The notes: generated by a model from the letters alone, not told the origin. Shown: positions 38,201-46,622, numbered from the stretch's first letter. The stretch: DNA of 64,000 bases from Thermoplasmatota archaeon (GCA_028279595.1 JANQNK010000007.1:1-64000), one strand, 5' to 3'. Program-made: numbers and translations.

Positions 38201-40231
38201 CCTCGAGGTATCAATTGCGTCCTGTATCTTCTCGAAATCTGCCCACGAACCATTATCATCGTCGACTATCCAAGTTATTGGATCTCGTCTTTGCAGGGAT
38301 CCATTCCATCGAAGCATAAGCGGAAATCGGTCCTCTGCATCGTTGGATCCATTAATCTCATACGGAGTATCCCCGATGCCATCGGAATCAACATCGGAAC
38401 CCGAATAGTCGGACCAGTAATTTCCGACCGATCCGTTATCCCAGTATATTCCATCACCCGCGTCCGTGTCGGTAGCTTGTGACCAATTCAGTCCATTGTC
38501 TATGAAATTGTTGTGGTAAACATAGGAGTCCGATTGATCAGCATAATCCACATTTATGCCCGATTCATAGTTTTTCCGGAAATCGTTTCCAACCACGAGG
38601 ACATTGTCGACTGCTAGATAGCAACCTTCACTGTTGCGTTCGATAGTGTTGTTCTCGATCGTAATATCGGACACTCCTGAATAGATACCAAGACCGACAA
38701 CTGAACAATTGCTGATGACATTGCCATTGATCTCGTAATCGGACCCTTCATCGATGTAGATACCATAGTCACAGTCATCGATCCGATTATCGTACAGGCC
38801 GATGCTTCTTGGCCCCTGCGAGGTTCCAATGACGCATTGTATACCGATGGTCGATGATGATAGATCACAATTGAGGATCTTGGAATTTCTGAGCCACTCT
38901 ATTCTGATCGCCGAGGTATCGCAATCGGTGATCGAACAATTCTTGATCTTCGTGTATGTGCTGGACCCACCGTTCCTAATGATACCGATACCGCATTTTG
39001 AGATGTTACAATCGTAGATATGACTCGTGTAATAGACACTGTTCTTGATACCAGCAAAATAAGCATTGCTTATGGTGGTATTTGTTATCAATATATTCGA
39101 TACCTCGTCTTGGATATGAATGCCGATATACTGATCGTCCACCATTGTACAGTTATCTATCGTCGGATATCCCTTCCTTGAGAAGATACTAGTATTTGTG
39201 GATGAGAAATGGCAATTGGAAACTGAATAACTACCGCGATGCGAAAGGATTCCGTAATAGGATGAGATGTTCGAATTGATTATTGAAACGTTACTGGACA
39301 TGGCTAGATAGATCCCGCAGGTACCGATTCCTGTTGAAATACCGTTTATCTCGAAGTTGGTACAATTGACTATCATCAATTGACCCGTTGATCCTGTCAC
39401 CGATCTATTTGTAAGGTTCCGATAGTAATCGATCGGATCCCCATTCACAGTGCAATCCCAAATGTCATTGTTCTGTAGATCGAAGTTGCTGAACCCATTT
39501 GCTGAGATTCCGCAATTGATGAAGGTGATGTTGGAGGTTGTACTCGATTTGGTCGTGTGTGAAATGTATTCACCTATTATACAATTCGAAATATGTGAAT
39601 CTTGGAGAATCGTGCCCGATCCATAGAGGTACGCACCGTATTCCGATCCCTTTAAAGTGCAATTATCTACAGTCGAGTATCCCCTTAGATTGAGTCCGTA
39701 TTTGGCTCCTACGACAGTACAACTGTCAATGACAGAGTAACCGGTATACATTCCGTAATTTGACGCGTAAACGATACAATTGGACACATTGACATCCCAT
39801 CCATAGATACCATTGTAGACGTCAATGATTGAACAATTATCTACATCGATATAATCAGCGTATATCCGGACCCCTGTGCCCGATCCATCTACTTGGCTGG
39901 AGATGTTTAGCCCGATGATGGATACGTTGTTACTGTTGACAGCGATGCATTCCGATCCTTGTCCAATGAGATAGGTCTGCGAACTGCCATTTCCGATAAT
40001 ATCGACGGACCGGTTGATATCAATGGACTCGTCGTAGTTCCCTGAATAGATGAGTATCGTATCATTATCAGAGGATCCATTTAGTGCATCCTGGATCGAT
40101 GTATGGTCGGCCCATGAACCACCATCATCATCGACGACATATGTTGCCCCTTCAGATGTTGGTGTTGCATTAATCAACATTACAATGGCCGATAGAAAGA
40201 CGAATGATAGACATATGGCACGCTGTCTCAT
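32228..40231 (-). CDS. Giant surface protein (about 2670 aa): 4 beta-helix modules + 2 PKD-like + 3 CARDB-like + TM + Zn ribbon
   Basis: Four VDDDxGxWAD/NF/Y..IQDA starts and four WDxGSxGNYWxDY...EDRxPLM ends; PDL...N.G...E.N.NN CARDB-type motifs; CPEC...FCEECG; low GC. Confidence 0.9.
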   Translation of the reverse strand: MRQRAICLSFVFLSAIVMLINATPTSEGATYVVDDDGGSWADHTSIQDALNGSSDNDTILIYSGNYDESIDINRSVDIIGNGSSQTYLIGQGSECIAVNSNNVSIIGLNISSQVDGSGTGVRIYADYIDVDNCSIIDVYNGIYGWDVNVSNCIVYASNYGMYTGYSVIDSCTVVGAKYGLNLRGYSTVDNCTLKGSEYGAYLYGSGTILQDSHISNCIIGEYISHTTKSSTTSNITFINCGISANGFSNFDLQNNDIWDCTVNGDPIDYYRNLTNRSVTGSTGQLMIVNCTNFEINGISTGIGTCGIYLAMSSNVSIINSNISSYYGILSHRGSYSVSNCHFSSTNTSIFSRKGYPTIDNCTMVDDQYIGIHIQDEVSNILITNTTISNAYFAGIKNSVYYTSHIYDCNISKCGIGIIRNGGSSTYTKIKNCSITDCDTSAIRIEWLRNSKILNCDLSSSTIGIQCVIGTSQGPRSIGLYDNRIDDCDYGIYIDEGSDYEINGNVISNCSVVGLGIYSGVSDITIENNTIERNSEGCYLAVDNVLVVGNDFRKNYESGINVDYADQSDSYVYHNNFIDNGLNWSQATDTDAGDGIYWDNGSVGNYWSDYSGSDVDSDGIGDTPYEINGSNDAEDRFPLMLRWNGSLQRRDPITWIVDDDNGSWADFEKIQDAIDTSRGGDIIIVYNGTYLETVEVIRTLEIIGNGSSNTTIDGLGIGNVVNITADRCSISGFNLTNASIDKNAAGIEVRGDRCEVSYNNFYICYGINLNRSTRVYLHNNSMVLGGISFTGDGPFQFVSHTIDPTNLLWSRPIRYYTNISSGNVPTNTSQVLLANCTGVTLENLIINASSGGIQIAYSDNCTISSNNISRNVIAVVLMMSENITIDDNLINDNTGVGVFLNRSHDNHITDNQIESNWFFATVLDWSDDNVIENNSFDQNDVLGLYLINSTGNLVVNNSLKNNSYYGLFLLDCTDNILTANEFIQNGYWGAAADDSDDNWLYHNNFIDNGFDPQGFETDGYNTWDNGSIGNYWSDYSGSDNDGNGIGDTEYSIDGTTSAEDRYPLMNPWNGTYVNTTRDPRTWIVDDDGGTWANYTEIQDAIDASLNGDTILVYNGTYFEGLHVDVTVDIVGNGSRDTIIDVRGNETGVNISSDGVGFSGFFIRCLDEEDTDSAVEVVSDNNLIANCTIQHGDWYGLVFRGSHRNRISNLSLLNNDICGLALFRSHSNLVMNCTFIENGASGGGSIRTVNSRDNQITYCQINDSRYGIHIGEDSRNNSISNCILNSGTHSGIYFWTSNNNTFWNNTVMDFDNYAIQIHSASKNNSIYLNSIYDNSAIDDGEDNVWDDGSKGNYWFDYDGEDINGDGIGDTPYELGGDSNSEDRYPLMNPWNGTIIIRETKVWIVDDDNGSWADFEQIQDAVNASIPGDTILVYEGYYYDEVVVYRSISLIGNGSSQSIIDGGGDGDVVQIRADGTNFSAFTLTNSGQDYSSSAIDIDGVDNCTIMWNRLTNTTNHGIWISDTTNSTISNNTINCDFNGVYLRESNNNTIEGNRIQDSYTGVYTVDSFSNTIIWNNITARVGVYLNRAIEHTILNNSMYSCGLWIHTHDPRGWRTHSVDGTNTVNDRPVHYRIDQDGIDIPNGSGQIILVDCSDVSIIGRDLSGGGTGIIAAYSSGLTISGNIVNSSSFEAIHLYKSNNSLIENNYVCDSMSSGIDLYFTSNCTVRNNTCDRNYDSGIQITQQSHHNLITDNNCKNTITVSHSDWNRVISNVCSNDRSGIYLASTEHSQILNNTLVENDYGIEDHGSKDALIFGNIITSSNLSGMELQGTSDSIIDNNTISGCLNGIHLDRNMYSPFGYQSSCEFTNNSIHNNSYGVTFEVNSDDNRFMNNAIVRNQLIGIQIEAGCDGNRFFLNNFIFNNLGGIQVADQEPSNYWDNGSIGNHWSDYNGSDENVDGIGDTPYQIDGSSGNEDRYPLMNPWNGSLPNGNEYPTASIVDISPNPASNGSTIYFRGLGVDVDGNISRYVWSSSIDGEFYNGSSNTTFTDGLSLGNHTIIFRVMDNGSLWSDNAISNLSVIVKAPYVNQKPVAEIDNILRNSEFNGEIITFIGHGNDTDGTIVQYSWTSSIDGEFYNGSEASINYSKLSVGNHTIRFRVMDNGTEWGIPYSITLTILPYLPDLSIERGDVDIPHIVYIDSVYNINFSIHNEGQGNASNVSVAIAIGNHTHDETVDVNALSESLIDIQWTPLESGTIQVSVQIIYYEPELNTSNNNITFSVLAWELSDVELSISESTIALNPAMPEVGEYTEINVIVSNNGIEDAENATVEFWLSGNHVDSTEVTVTNKSYSVVQFNWTPSESGLFDVNIRVNPDGEFNETLLLNNNASISVQVVEPYLPDLIITNDDITVYPITPMEGDVVLINVTIWNSGTLTLNDISVSLSFEDGDEIANKSVTIMLLDAITVTFELNLDHGHYNIDAMIDPAGKVNESNEDNNIGSTTFTVQADPGTEPDGDDSASDKGLLGNPFLLLLISMIIVVILILVLIDRKKGASSSPRGKDGSTSTSVERKIPQHGVRDRIPPQEPMGYQVIPSMDEPLDEEPERPGDYDQPYAPSETDYDEPESSEYEYSSGPVVEEPKDDEMQVIDTFPCPECNNPIEEGARFCEECGTYLG

Positions 40232-40282
40232 GACCGATACCCCTCTATCTGGCCAATGCAACGACATTAGATAAGAATTACG

Positions 40283-41173
40283 TCACACTACATATCCGCC
40301 CAACAGCTCGACATAGATCGCCGCGGTAACGAGATCGGCACTCGTCCCGGGATTCATCCCGCGCTCGACCAATTCCATGTTCAGCTCGATCGCCAGTCTC
40401 CGCCCCTCCTCGATCAGATACCCACCGGCTTCCATGATTTCGGCCGCCCTCTCCGTGACCCTCTCGGCCTCCTCCTGACCGTGCCTCGCAATAAGGAGGG
40501 TGTCCACCTGCTCGGAGAGGATCCAAAGGAAGCAGTGCGTTATCGCATCCTCGAGCCGAGCCTTTCCCAGATGCTCATGGAGGAACGGATGCGCCTGCTC
40601 GAATGTGAACTCGAAATTAGTAACATATTCCCTGGCGATCGTGTTCGGCTGTGTCCCAGGTTCGATCCCGCCGGCCATCCACTCGAGCACTGAGACGTTC
40701 TCAAACATCTCCGCAGGTGTCTCGTACACATCGAATTCCTTAACTGGCGGGAGTGCGGGATGCACTAAGGCGATCGCATCGTGAAGGTAATGGCCGTCCT
40801 CCGGCGACAAGCCCTGAAGGACGCCATCCAATTCCGCGCGAACGTTCTCCGGGGTCGTCCCCGACGCAGCCGCAGCCATAGGCGCCAATAGTAGTATTGC
40901 TCCAAGGTGGGTGTTGCCTCCACCTTGAGCCTCGCTCATCCGTTTGACGGCCTTCAGGACTCCTTTACCGACCCCGACCTTCCCTGAAGCTATCTCATGA
41001 AAGGGTATCGCTAACGAAGCAACGCTCGCGAGGAACTGGTCCAATCCCAACTCTTGTAAATCTTGAAACCTAGAAACGTTCCCGGGTTTGGGTGACACTA
41101 GCTCAAGTAGCATCGCTGAAACTGCTTTTTCCGCAGCGGTCTCCGCACTAATCTCAGGCGACCTCTGGTCCAT
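40283..41173 (-). CDS. citG: CitG family (triphosphoribosyl-dephospho-CoA synthase-like) protein
   Basis: LE...PKPGNV, NTHLGAILL, DTLLIAR.G, NPGTSADL. Confidence 0.85.
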   Translation of the reverse strand: MDQRSPEISAETAAEKAVSAMLLELVSPKPGNVSRFQDLQELGLDQFLASVASLAIPFHEIASGKVGVGKGVLKAVKRMSEAQGGGNTHLGAILLLAPMAAAASGTTPENVRAELDGVLQGLSPEDGHYLHDAIALVHPALPPVKEFDVYETPAEMFENVSVLEWMAGGIEPGTQPNTIAREYVTNFEFTFEQAHPFLHEHLGKARLEDAITHCFLWILSEQVDTLLIARHGQEEAERVTERAAEIMEAGGYLIEEGRRLAIELNMELVERGMNPGTSADLVTAAIYVELLGGYVV

Positions 41174-41573
41174 GGACAGCCTTCCCGCTGGTCTTGCCCT
41201 TCTCGACCTTTATCCTGGGGATCTTGAGCGGAATGGGTGGAGGAAGCTGCAGCTTCTTTGAGATTATTATCGCCTCGTAGGAACCCGTGTCCATGATGAC
41301 GTTGTAGATCTCCTCGAGCGGCTTGTTCTCCAGCTTCTTCTTGTCGGACCACTGGTCGAAGACCTCGGTGCCTCCGACGTAGAGGTGGCCCTCCATCCGG
41401 ATCATGCCGAGATGACCGTAGGTCACGGTGTACGAGAACTCGACGTCGGAGTCGTCGCCCCTCTTGTGGACGGCCGATATGGACACGTTGTGGTCCACGC
41501 GGACGTTGCCTGGCTTGTCCTTTGTGAAGCGTTTCGCTTCCATCGAGCTGAGTTCGACTCCCTTGACTGTCAT
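41154..41573 (-). CDS. Conserved-looking archaeal hypothetical protein (four strands + two helices, LPPPIPL)
   Basis: Strong codon bias; secondary-structure pattern suggestive of a SecB-like fold. Confidence 0.8.
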   Translation of the reverse strand: MTVKGVELSSMEAKRFTKDKPGNVRVDHNVSISAVHKRGDDSDVEFSYTVTYGHLGMIRMEGHLYVGGTEVFDQWSDKKKLENKPLEEIYNVIMDTGSYEAIIISKKLQLPPPIPLKIPRIKVEKGKTSGKAVHGPEVA

Positions 41574-41667
41574 GCTGCCGCATACACTCTAACAATTAAT
41601 AACTGTTATCATGGACGGTGTACTCGATGATCGGGTTCGTGGTCAATTTCCTTATATGCACTTGTTC

Positions 41668-41709
41668 GAGGCGCGTTGATGACAGCGAAGCGGAGTCATC
41701 GAGCGCCTC
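41668..41709 (+). repeat. Intergenic hairpin repeat, copy E
   Basis: GAGGCGCG-TTGA-tgac-agcgaagcgga-gtca-TCGA-GCGCCTC. Confidence 0.7.
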
Positions 41710-41756
41710 TCTTTGAATTGAGAAAGTGGGATACGATAACTACGGACCGGGCGTCA

Positions 41757-42971
41757 TCATGTGTTGTTATTGATCTGGTAGCGGAGGATCGCCGCTACGC
41801 CGCCGAAGGTGTTCAGGAACGCCGAGCCCTCGTCGCTGTCGGGACTGATGAACTCCACCTCGGACGAGCTCTGCTCCGCCAGTCCGACCAGTTCCTTCAC
41901 GAGGTCGATCTCCTCGGACTCCCCTGCAGCGCTGCAGGAGGGACAGACTGTGATCGGAACCGGCTGAGCGGTCACCGTCCCGCAGGAGGCGCAGGTCAAT
42001 CTATGCCTGTCGACCCTAAGGCCCTCCGAAATGAGAAGGGTATCCACGGCTCCGAGGTTCAATGCATTGACCACATCGTCGATACCGTAGGCGGACTTGC
42101 TCCCGCTCTTGACGATCTCGGCCATGAACCTCTGGACGAGCTTCTTCTCGACCATCAGGGCGACGTCGGAAAGTGTGTCCGCCGCCTTGTCGACGAGCTC
42201 CTTCAGTCCATACTCGTCGGTGTAACCGGTGTCGAACATGTCCACGACCTTTGGGGTCAGTTCGTGGTGCAGGTATCCCTTGTCGATGAAGAACTCCTTA
42301 GTCGACCCGGGACCGCCGACGAGGATCCCGTTGAGGTCCTCGACCTCGAGGAAGACCTCGCTCGCAAGGTCCCCGACCTTCTTGAAGAACTCGTGGGCGG
42401 CGATCTCGATCAACCTCTCGAAACGCCTCTGGGACTGTCCGCCGCGACCGTGCTTGCTCGGAACGCGGGACGGGATGTTCTTGACCGGGACTATCCTGTG
42501 GCCCTTGAGCAGTCCGACGGTGGCCTCGCTCCTGTCGACGACGACGAGACCGTAGGTCTCCTTCTCCTCGAGCATGACGAGCAACGGGTCCAGGAAGAAC
42601 TGCGAGTCGCACCTGTAGAGGAAGATGGATATCGGGACCGGCGGCTCGATGACGAACTGGGTCATCTCGGTCTGGTCCTTGCCCGTCACCCTGTGCCCGA
42701 CGAAGAAGACGACGCCGTTCTCGGGAACTGATTTCAATGTCCTCAAACGGCTCATGATGGACTCGATGGCGGCGGTCACGTTCTTCTTCGTTCCTTTGGA
42801 CTTGATGTTCGACGACTGCGACAGCTCGTTCCTGAGATACGCCATGGCGTCGGACACCTGTCTGCTTGGCGGTACGTAGAGGCTTATCAGTTCGGTGGCC
42901 TTTCCGCCGACCGACTGGAGGTCCTCCATCTTCCGCTTGAACTCGTACCTGGCTAGGGCCTTCTCGTCCAT
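41757..42971 (-). CDS. prf1: Peptide chain release factor aRF1
   Basis: TELISLY, NIKS, YRCD, GGQSQRRFERL, FGGVAAILRY. Confidence 0.97.
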   Translation of the reverse strand: MDEKALARYEFKRKMEDLQSVGGKATELISLYVPPSRQVSDAMAYLRNELSQSSNIKSKGTKKNVTAAIESIMSRLRTLKSVPENGVVFFVGHRVTGKDQTEMTQFVIEPPVPISIFLYRCDSQFFLDPLLVMLEEKETYGLVVVDRSEATVGLLKGHRIVPVKNIPSRVPSKHGRGGQSQRRFERLIEIAAHEFFKKVGDLASEVFLEVEDLNGILVGGPGSTKEFFIDKGYLHHELTPKVVDMFDTGYTDEYGLKELVDKAADTLSDVALMVEKKLVQRFMAEIVKSGSKSAYGIDDVVNALNLGAVDTLLISEGLRVDRHRLTCASCGTVTAQPVPITVCPSCSAAGESEEIDLVKELVGLAEQSSSEVEFISPDSDEGSAFLNTFGGVAAILRYQINNNT

Positions 42972-43199
42972 CCGGCCGTTACATGAGAGGCGGTTACTTA
43001 AAGGATTGCCCGCGTGAAGCGAGCCTCTCCGGGGAACCGGAAATGACCCGATCGTAAGGGTAAAAGGCCCACTCGTGACCTACGATCGCCATTCGTAACT
43101 AACCCATTGGTCTTAAATAGGGGAAGTCTCTATCAGTGCAAGTTTCCCCAGATAGGGTTATCGAACTCCATCTGGGGCATGAGACTGGAGGAACCCAAA

Positions 43200-46100
43200 A
43201 TGAACAGCAGAAATGTGCTGAAAGCGGGCTTGCTGCTCGGCTTGGCGGCGATCATCCTGATCGCATTCATGCCTGTCGTGAGCGGTGAGCAGGTCGAGGT
43301 GTACGGACGCATGAAGGACGAGTCCAACGCGATGATCGTTGGCGCGTCCATAACGGCTTACAATGTCGGCACCGAGACCGAGTACGAGACAACCTCCACC
43401 GACAACGGTGGTTCCTTCGAGATGATGGTACCCGAGGGCGGGTATGTCTTCACTTTCTCGAAATACGAGTACAGTACGGAGTTCGCTTGGTTCGAGGTCG
43501 AGGGCGACGACGAGGACGAGATGGGCCTGGGCGTCTTCTACCTGACGGACCTCGAGCCCGACACGACGTTCGAGGGATGGATCAACGATTCCTCCACTGG
43601 CGAGGGCGAGAAGAACGTCGAGGTATGGATAACCTATCCGGACCACGATTACTCCACCGAGAGGATCGAGACCAACAAGACCGGATGGTTCTCCCTCGAG
43701 TTCGACAGCGCCGAGGAGACGTGGCTCGTCTGGGACAAGATGGGCTTCACCTTCAACACCACCGAGATCATGGCTCCATACAACGTGACGGAGTTCGACA
43801 TCACGGCCATCGAGGAGGATGACTACCACACCGTCGAGGGTGATATCGTGGACTCGTCCGACATGGACGACATCGAGGGCGCGAGGATAACGCTCTGGAA
43901 CAACGACATGTCCCTTTGGAACGACGAGGACTACGAAGTGATGACCGGCCTCACCGACGATCACGGATACAGGGGATTCGAGGTCCTCGAGGGCACGTAC
44001 ACACTACTGGTCGAGGCGGACGGTTACGAGGATTACATCGACACCAACTTCAATGTGCCGAACGACAGGGCCTTCGGCCCCGGCGACACGAACCCGCTCG
44101 CGCTGGTTCCGTCAGAGGACGGCAATGCGTCCATCAGCATAGAACTCAGGATGCTCTGGAACGCCACGGTCATCGTGACCGAGGACATCAACGACGACCA
44201 GGACGTCTGGGACCACAACTGGGACTTCATGCTCTACGACCTGTGGGTGGACCACGGCTACGGCCGCGTCGGACCCAACTCGATCACCGGTGCGACCCTC
44301 GGCGACAGCGACCTCACAGCGAGCGAGATGGTCCTCGTCGAGGACCTGTACACCTACGCAGGCGTTCCGGCGATGTACAAGGACCTCATCACGATCGTCG
44401 CCAACGGCACCCACATCGAGTACGAGAGCGAGCTCGACTCCTCCGAGATAAACACCACTGACTGGTGGATGTCCTGGACCATGAGCTTCACCAGGATGGA
44501 TGGCTTCGAGGAGGTCATGCTCCGCTTCAAGACGGCCGTCACCCATGACACCGACCTCGATTACACATACACGTACGACCTACCTCCAGGCTGGTATCCC
44601 GTGACCAACGACACCGTCGAGGACCTGATGGTCACGTTCTCGGCGAACGGCTTCGAGATCGATCCGGACATGTCGGAAACGATGGAATCGGTCATGACGT
44701 GGGTGGACGTGACCAACGACGACGGCGATCCCATGGCCGACTTCTCGATCACGAACTTCGAGGAGGAAGGCTCCGACATGACAGTGGACGAGGGCGTGCA
44801 CGTGAAGTTCAACGCCACGGCATCCATGGACACGGGTACATACCAGAGCGGCATTGTCGAGTACAAGTGGGACTTCGGCAACGGCGAGATGGTCAACACC
44901 TCGAGCGAGAAGATCGATTACAAGTACGACATACCCGGCGTATACACAGTCACACTGACCGTTGTGGACGAAGCGGATAAGATGAGCGCTCCGGACGTCT
45001 ACGCACTGGAGATCAACGACGTGAGCGACCCGGAGGTCGAGATCATCCCGCCGTGGGCACCCTGGGAGGTCAACCTGACCGACGCCATGGGAGTCAATGA
45101 GGACATCACGGCGAACATCACCGACCCAGAGGGCGTGACCATGTTCTACGACATCACGGTCACTATCAAGCCGGCCGGCAGCCTCGAGGAGGACTGGACG
45201 TGGATGTACTACAACGACACCATGGCCTATGGCGGCAACCTGACCTTCGTCTTCAACTACACCTTCGTCGACCCGGGCAACTACACGATCGTCGTGAACG
45301 CGACAGACGACTCGGACAACTGGGGCAAGGGCTCGGACGGCCTCACGGTCGTCGACTTCGTTGCGCCGATCCCGAACTTCATAGCCCAGAACAAGTCGCT
45401 CGGGATGCAGGACTTCGACATGCTCATGGAGAACGAGGAGATAATCTTCAACGCGTCCATCGACACCTACATGATGGACAACACGACGTACTACCTCACC
45501 ATCGAGAATGACAGGATCCTCAACTGCATGTGGGACTTCGGCGACGGGACCTACGACAACGAGACCGGCGACGACTCCGACGGCTCCGAGGACAACTCGA
45601 TCGTGAGCCATGTCTACCACGAGCCCGGCGACTTCACGGTCACGGTGACCGTCAAGGACAACTGGAAGAACGAGGCGACCGTCTCGATGAACGTCTCCGT
45701 TACCGACACCACGGACCCGGATGCGAAGTTCACCATCCAGGTCTGGAACGAGGAAGCGGAGAAGTGGAAGGACGGGACCCACGTCGACGAGGACGACGGC
45801 AGGATCATGTTCAACGCGAGCACGTCCACCGACACGAGCGACATGATCAGGTTCTACAACTGGTCGTGGGGCTCGGAGGCGAAGCCCAACAACTTCGACA
45901 ACGGAACGACCACCGAATTCGAGGCTTCCTTCAACATCTCCGGAACCTACAACATCACCCTGCTCGTCTGGGACTACGCGAACCACTCCTCCGAGATAAC
46001 GAAGACCTTCACCGTCGTGGCAGGCGAGAAGCCCGACCTCATCGCGTCCCTTGAGCTCTCTGAGAAGCGCGTCAAGAAGGGCGACAAGGTCAAGGCGATG

Positions 46101-46547
46101 ATCGAGCTCAAGAACGTGGGCGATGGCGACGTGGGCAATACGACCGACATCATCATCGAGCTTTACGAGGGCGACAGGAAGGTCAAGACCTACACGCACA
46201 CCGGAGGCCTGCCCGCTGACGTCGACGACGTCGAATACATCAACCTCTCGTGGAAGCCCGGCAGGGGAACGCACGACATCAAGGTCGTCGTCGACCCCGA
46301 GGTCAACGAGGATGATGAGATCGAGGGAGCCATAGACGAGCTGAAGACACAGGGCGGCGGAGAGGACAACAACGAGGCGAAGACATCCCTCGTCGTCGAG
46401 AAGCAGGAAGAGGACGACATCACGATGTACCTCGCGATAACCGCGGTGGTCATCCTCGGCATCGTCGTTCTCCTGATCCGCAAGAAGCGCCAGGACAAGA
46501 AGCTCGAGGAGAAGCTCGTCGGCAAGTCGAAGAAGTCCAAGAAGTAG
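43200..46547 (+). CDS. Acidic cell-surface glycoprotein (carboxypeptidase-regulatory-like Ig, PKD and CARDB domains, C-terminal TM)
   Basis: Signal peptide MNSRNVLKAGLLL, WDFGNG/WDFGDG PKD motifs, many N-x-S/T sequons, TM plus basic tail. Confidence 0.88.
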   Translation: MNSRNVLKAGLLLGLAAIILIAFMPVVSGEQVEVYGRMKDESNAMIVGASITAYNVGTETEYETTSTDNGGSFEMMVPEGGYVFTFSKYEYSTEFAWFEVEGDDEDEMGLGVFYLTDLEPDTTFEGWINDSSTGEGEKNVEVWITYPDHDYSTERIETNKTGWFSLEFDSAEETWLVWDKMGFTFNTTEIMAPYNVTEFDITAIEEDDYHTVEGDIVDSSDMDDIEGARITLWNNDMSLWNDEDYEVMTGLTDDHGYRGFEVLEGTYTLLVEADGYEDYIDTNFNVPNDRAFGPGDTNPLALVPSEDGNASISIELRMLWNATVIVTEDINDDQDVWDHNWDFMLYDLWVDHGYGRVGPNSITGATLGDSDLTASEMVLVEDLYTYAGVPAMYKDLITIVANGTHIEYESELDSSEINTTDWWMSWTMSFTRMDGFEEVMLRFKTAVTHDTDLDYTYTYDLPPGWYPVTNDTVEDLMVTFSANGFEIDPDMSETMESVMTWVDVTNDDGDPMADFSITNFEEEGSDMTVDEGVHVKFNATASMDTGTYQSGIVEYKWDFGNGEMVNTSSEKIDYKYDIPGVYTVTLTVVDEADKMSAPDVYALEINDVSDPEVEIIPPWAPWEVNLTDAMGVNEDITANITDPEGVTMFYDITVTIKPAGSLEEDWTWMYYNDTMAYGGNLTFVFNYTFVDPGNYTIVVNATDDSDNWGKGSDGLTVVDFVAPIPNFIAQNKSLGMQDFDMLMENEEIIFNASIDTYMMDNTTYYLTIENDRILNCMWDFGDGTYDNETGDDSDGSEDNSIVSHVYHEPGDFTVTVTVKDNWKNEATVSMNVSVTDTTDPDAKFTIQVWNEEAEKWKDGTHVDEDDGRIMFNASTSTDTSDMIRFYNWSWGSEAKPNNFDNGTTTEFEASFNISGTYNITLLVWDYANHSSEITKTFTVVAGEKPDLIASLELSEKRVKKGDKVKAMIELKNVGDGDVGNTTDIIIELYEGDRKVKTYTHTGGLPADVDDVEYINLSWKPGRGTHDIKVVVDPEVNEDDEIEGAIDELKTQGGGEDNNEAKTSLVVEKQEEDDITMYLAITAVVILGIVVLLIRKKRQDKKLEEKLVGKSKKSKK

Positions 46548-46569
46548 ACACGGCACTTCAACAAGGACG

Positions 46570-46622
46570 AGAGGGACACGATCCCTCTCACCCCCCCTTT
46601 TTTCCCCATTTTCATTTTCCCT
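46570..46622 (+). terminator. Probable terminator
   Basis: GAGAGGGA-cacga-TCCCTCTC hairpin followed by a long C/T tract right after the surface-protein gene. Confidence 0.6.

Noticed and set aside
30400-40280. Prophage or integrative element
   Set aside because: No integrase, transposase, att repeats or viral genes; only surface proteins.
41668-41709. Hammerhead ribozyme or C/D-box RNA (contains UGAUGA)
   Set aside because: No matching GAAA core or CUGA box, and UGAUGA is not conserved in the other copies.
43049-43088. Inverted repeat CGATCGTA...TACGATCG upstream of the surface-protein gene
   Set aside because: A single 8-bp inverted repeat unrelated to the hairpin family; it cannot be told from chance.
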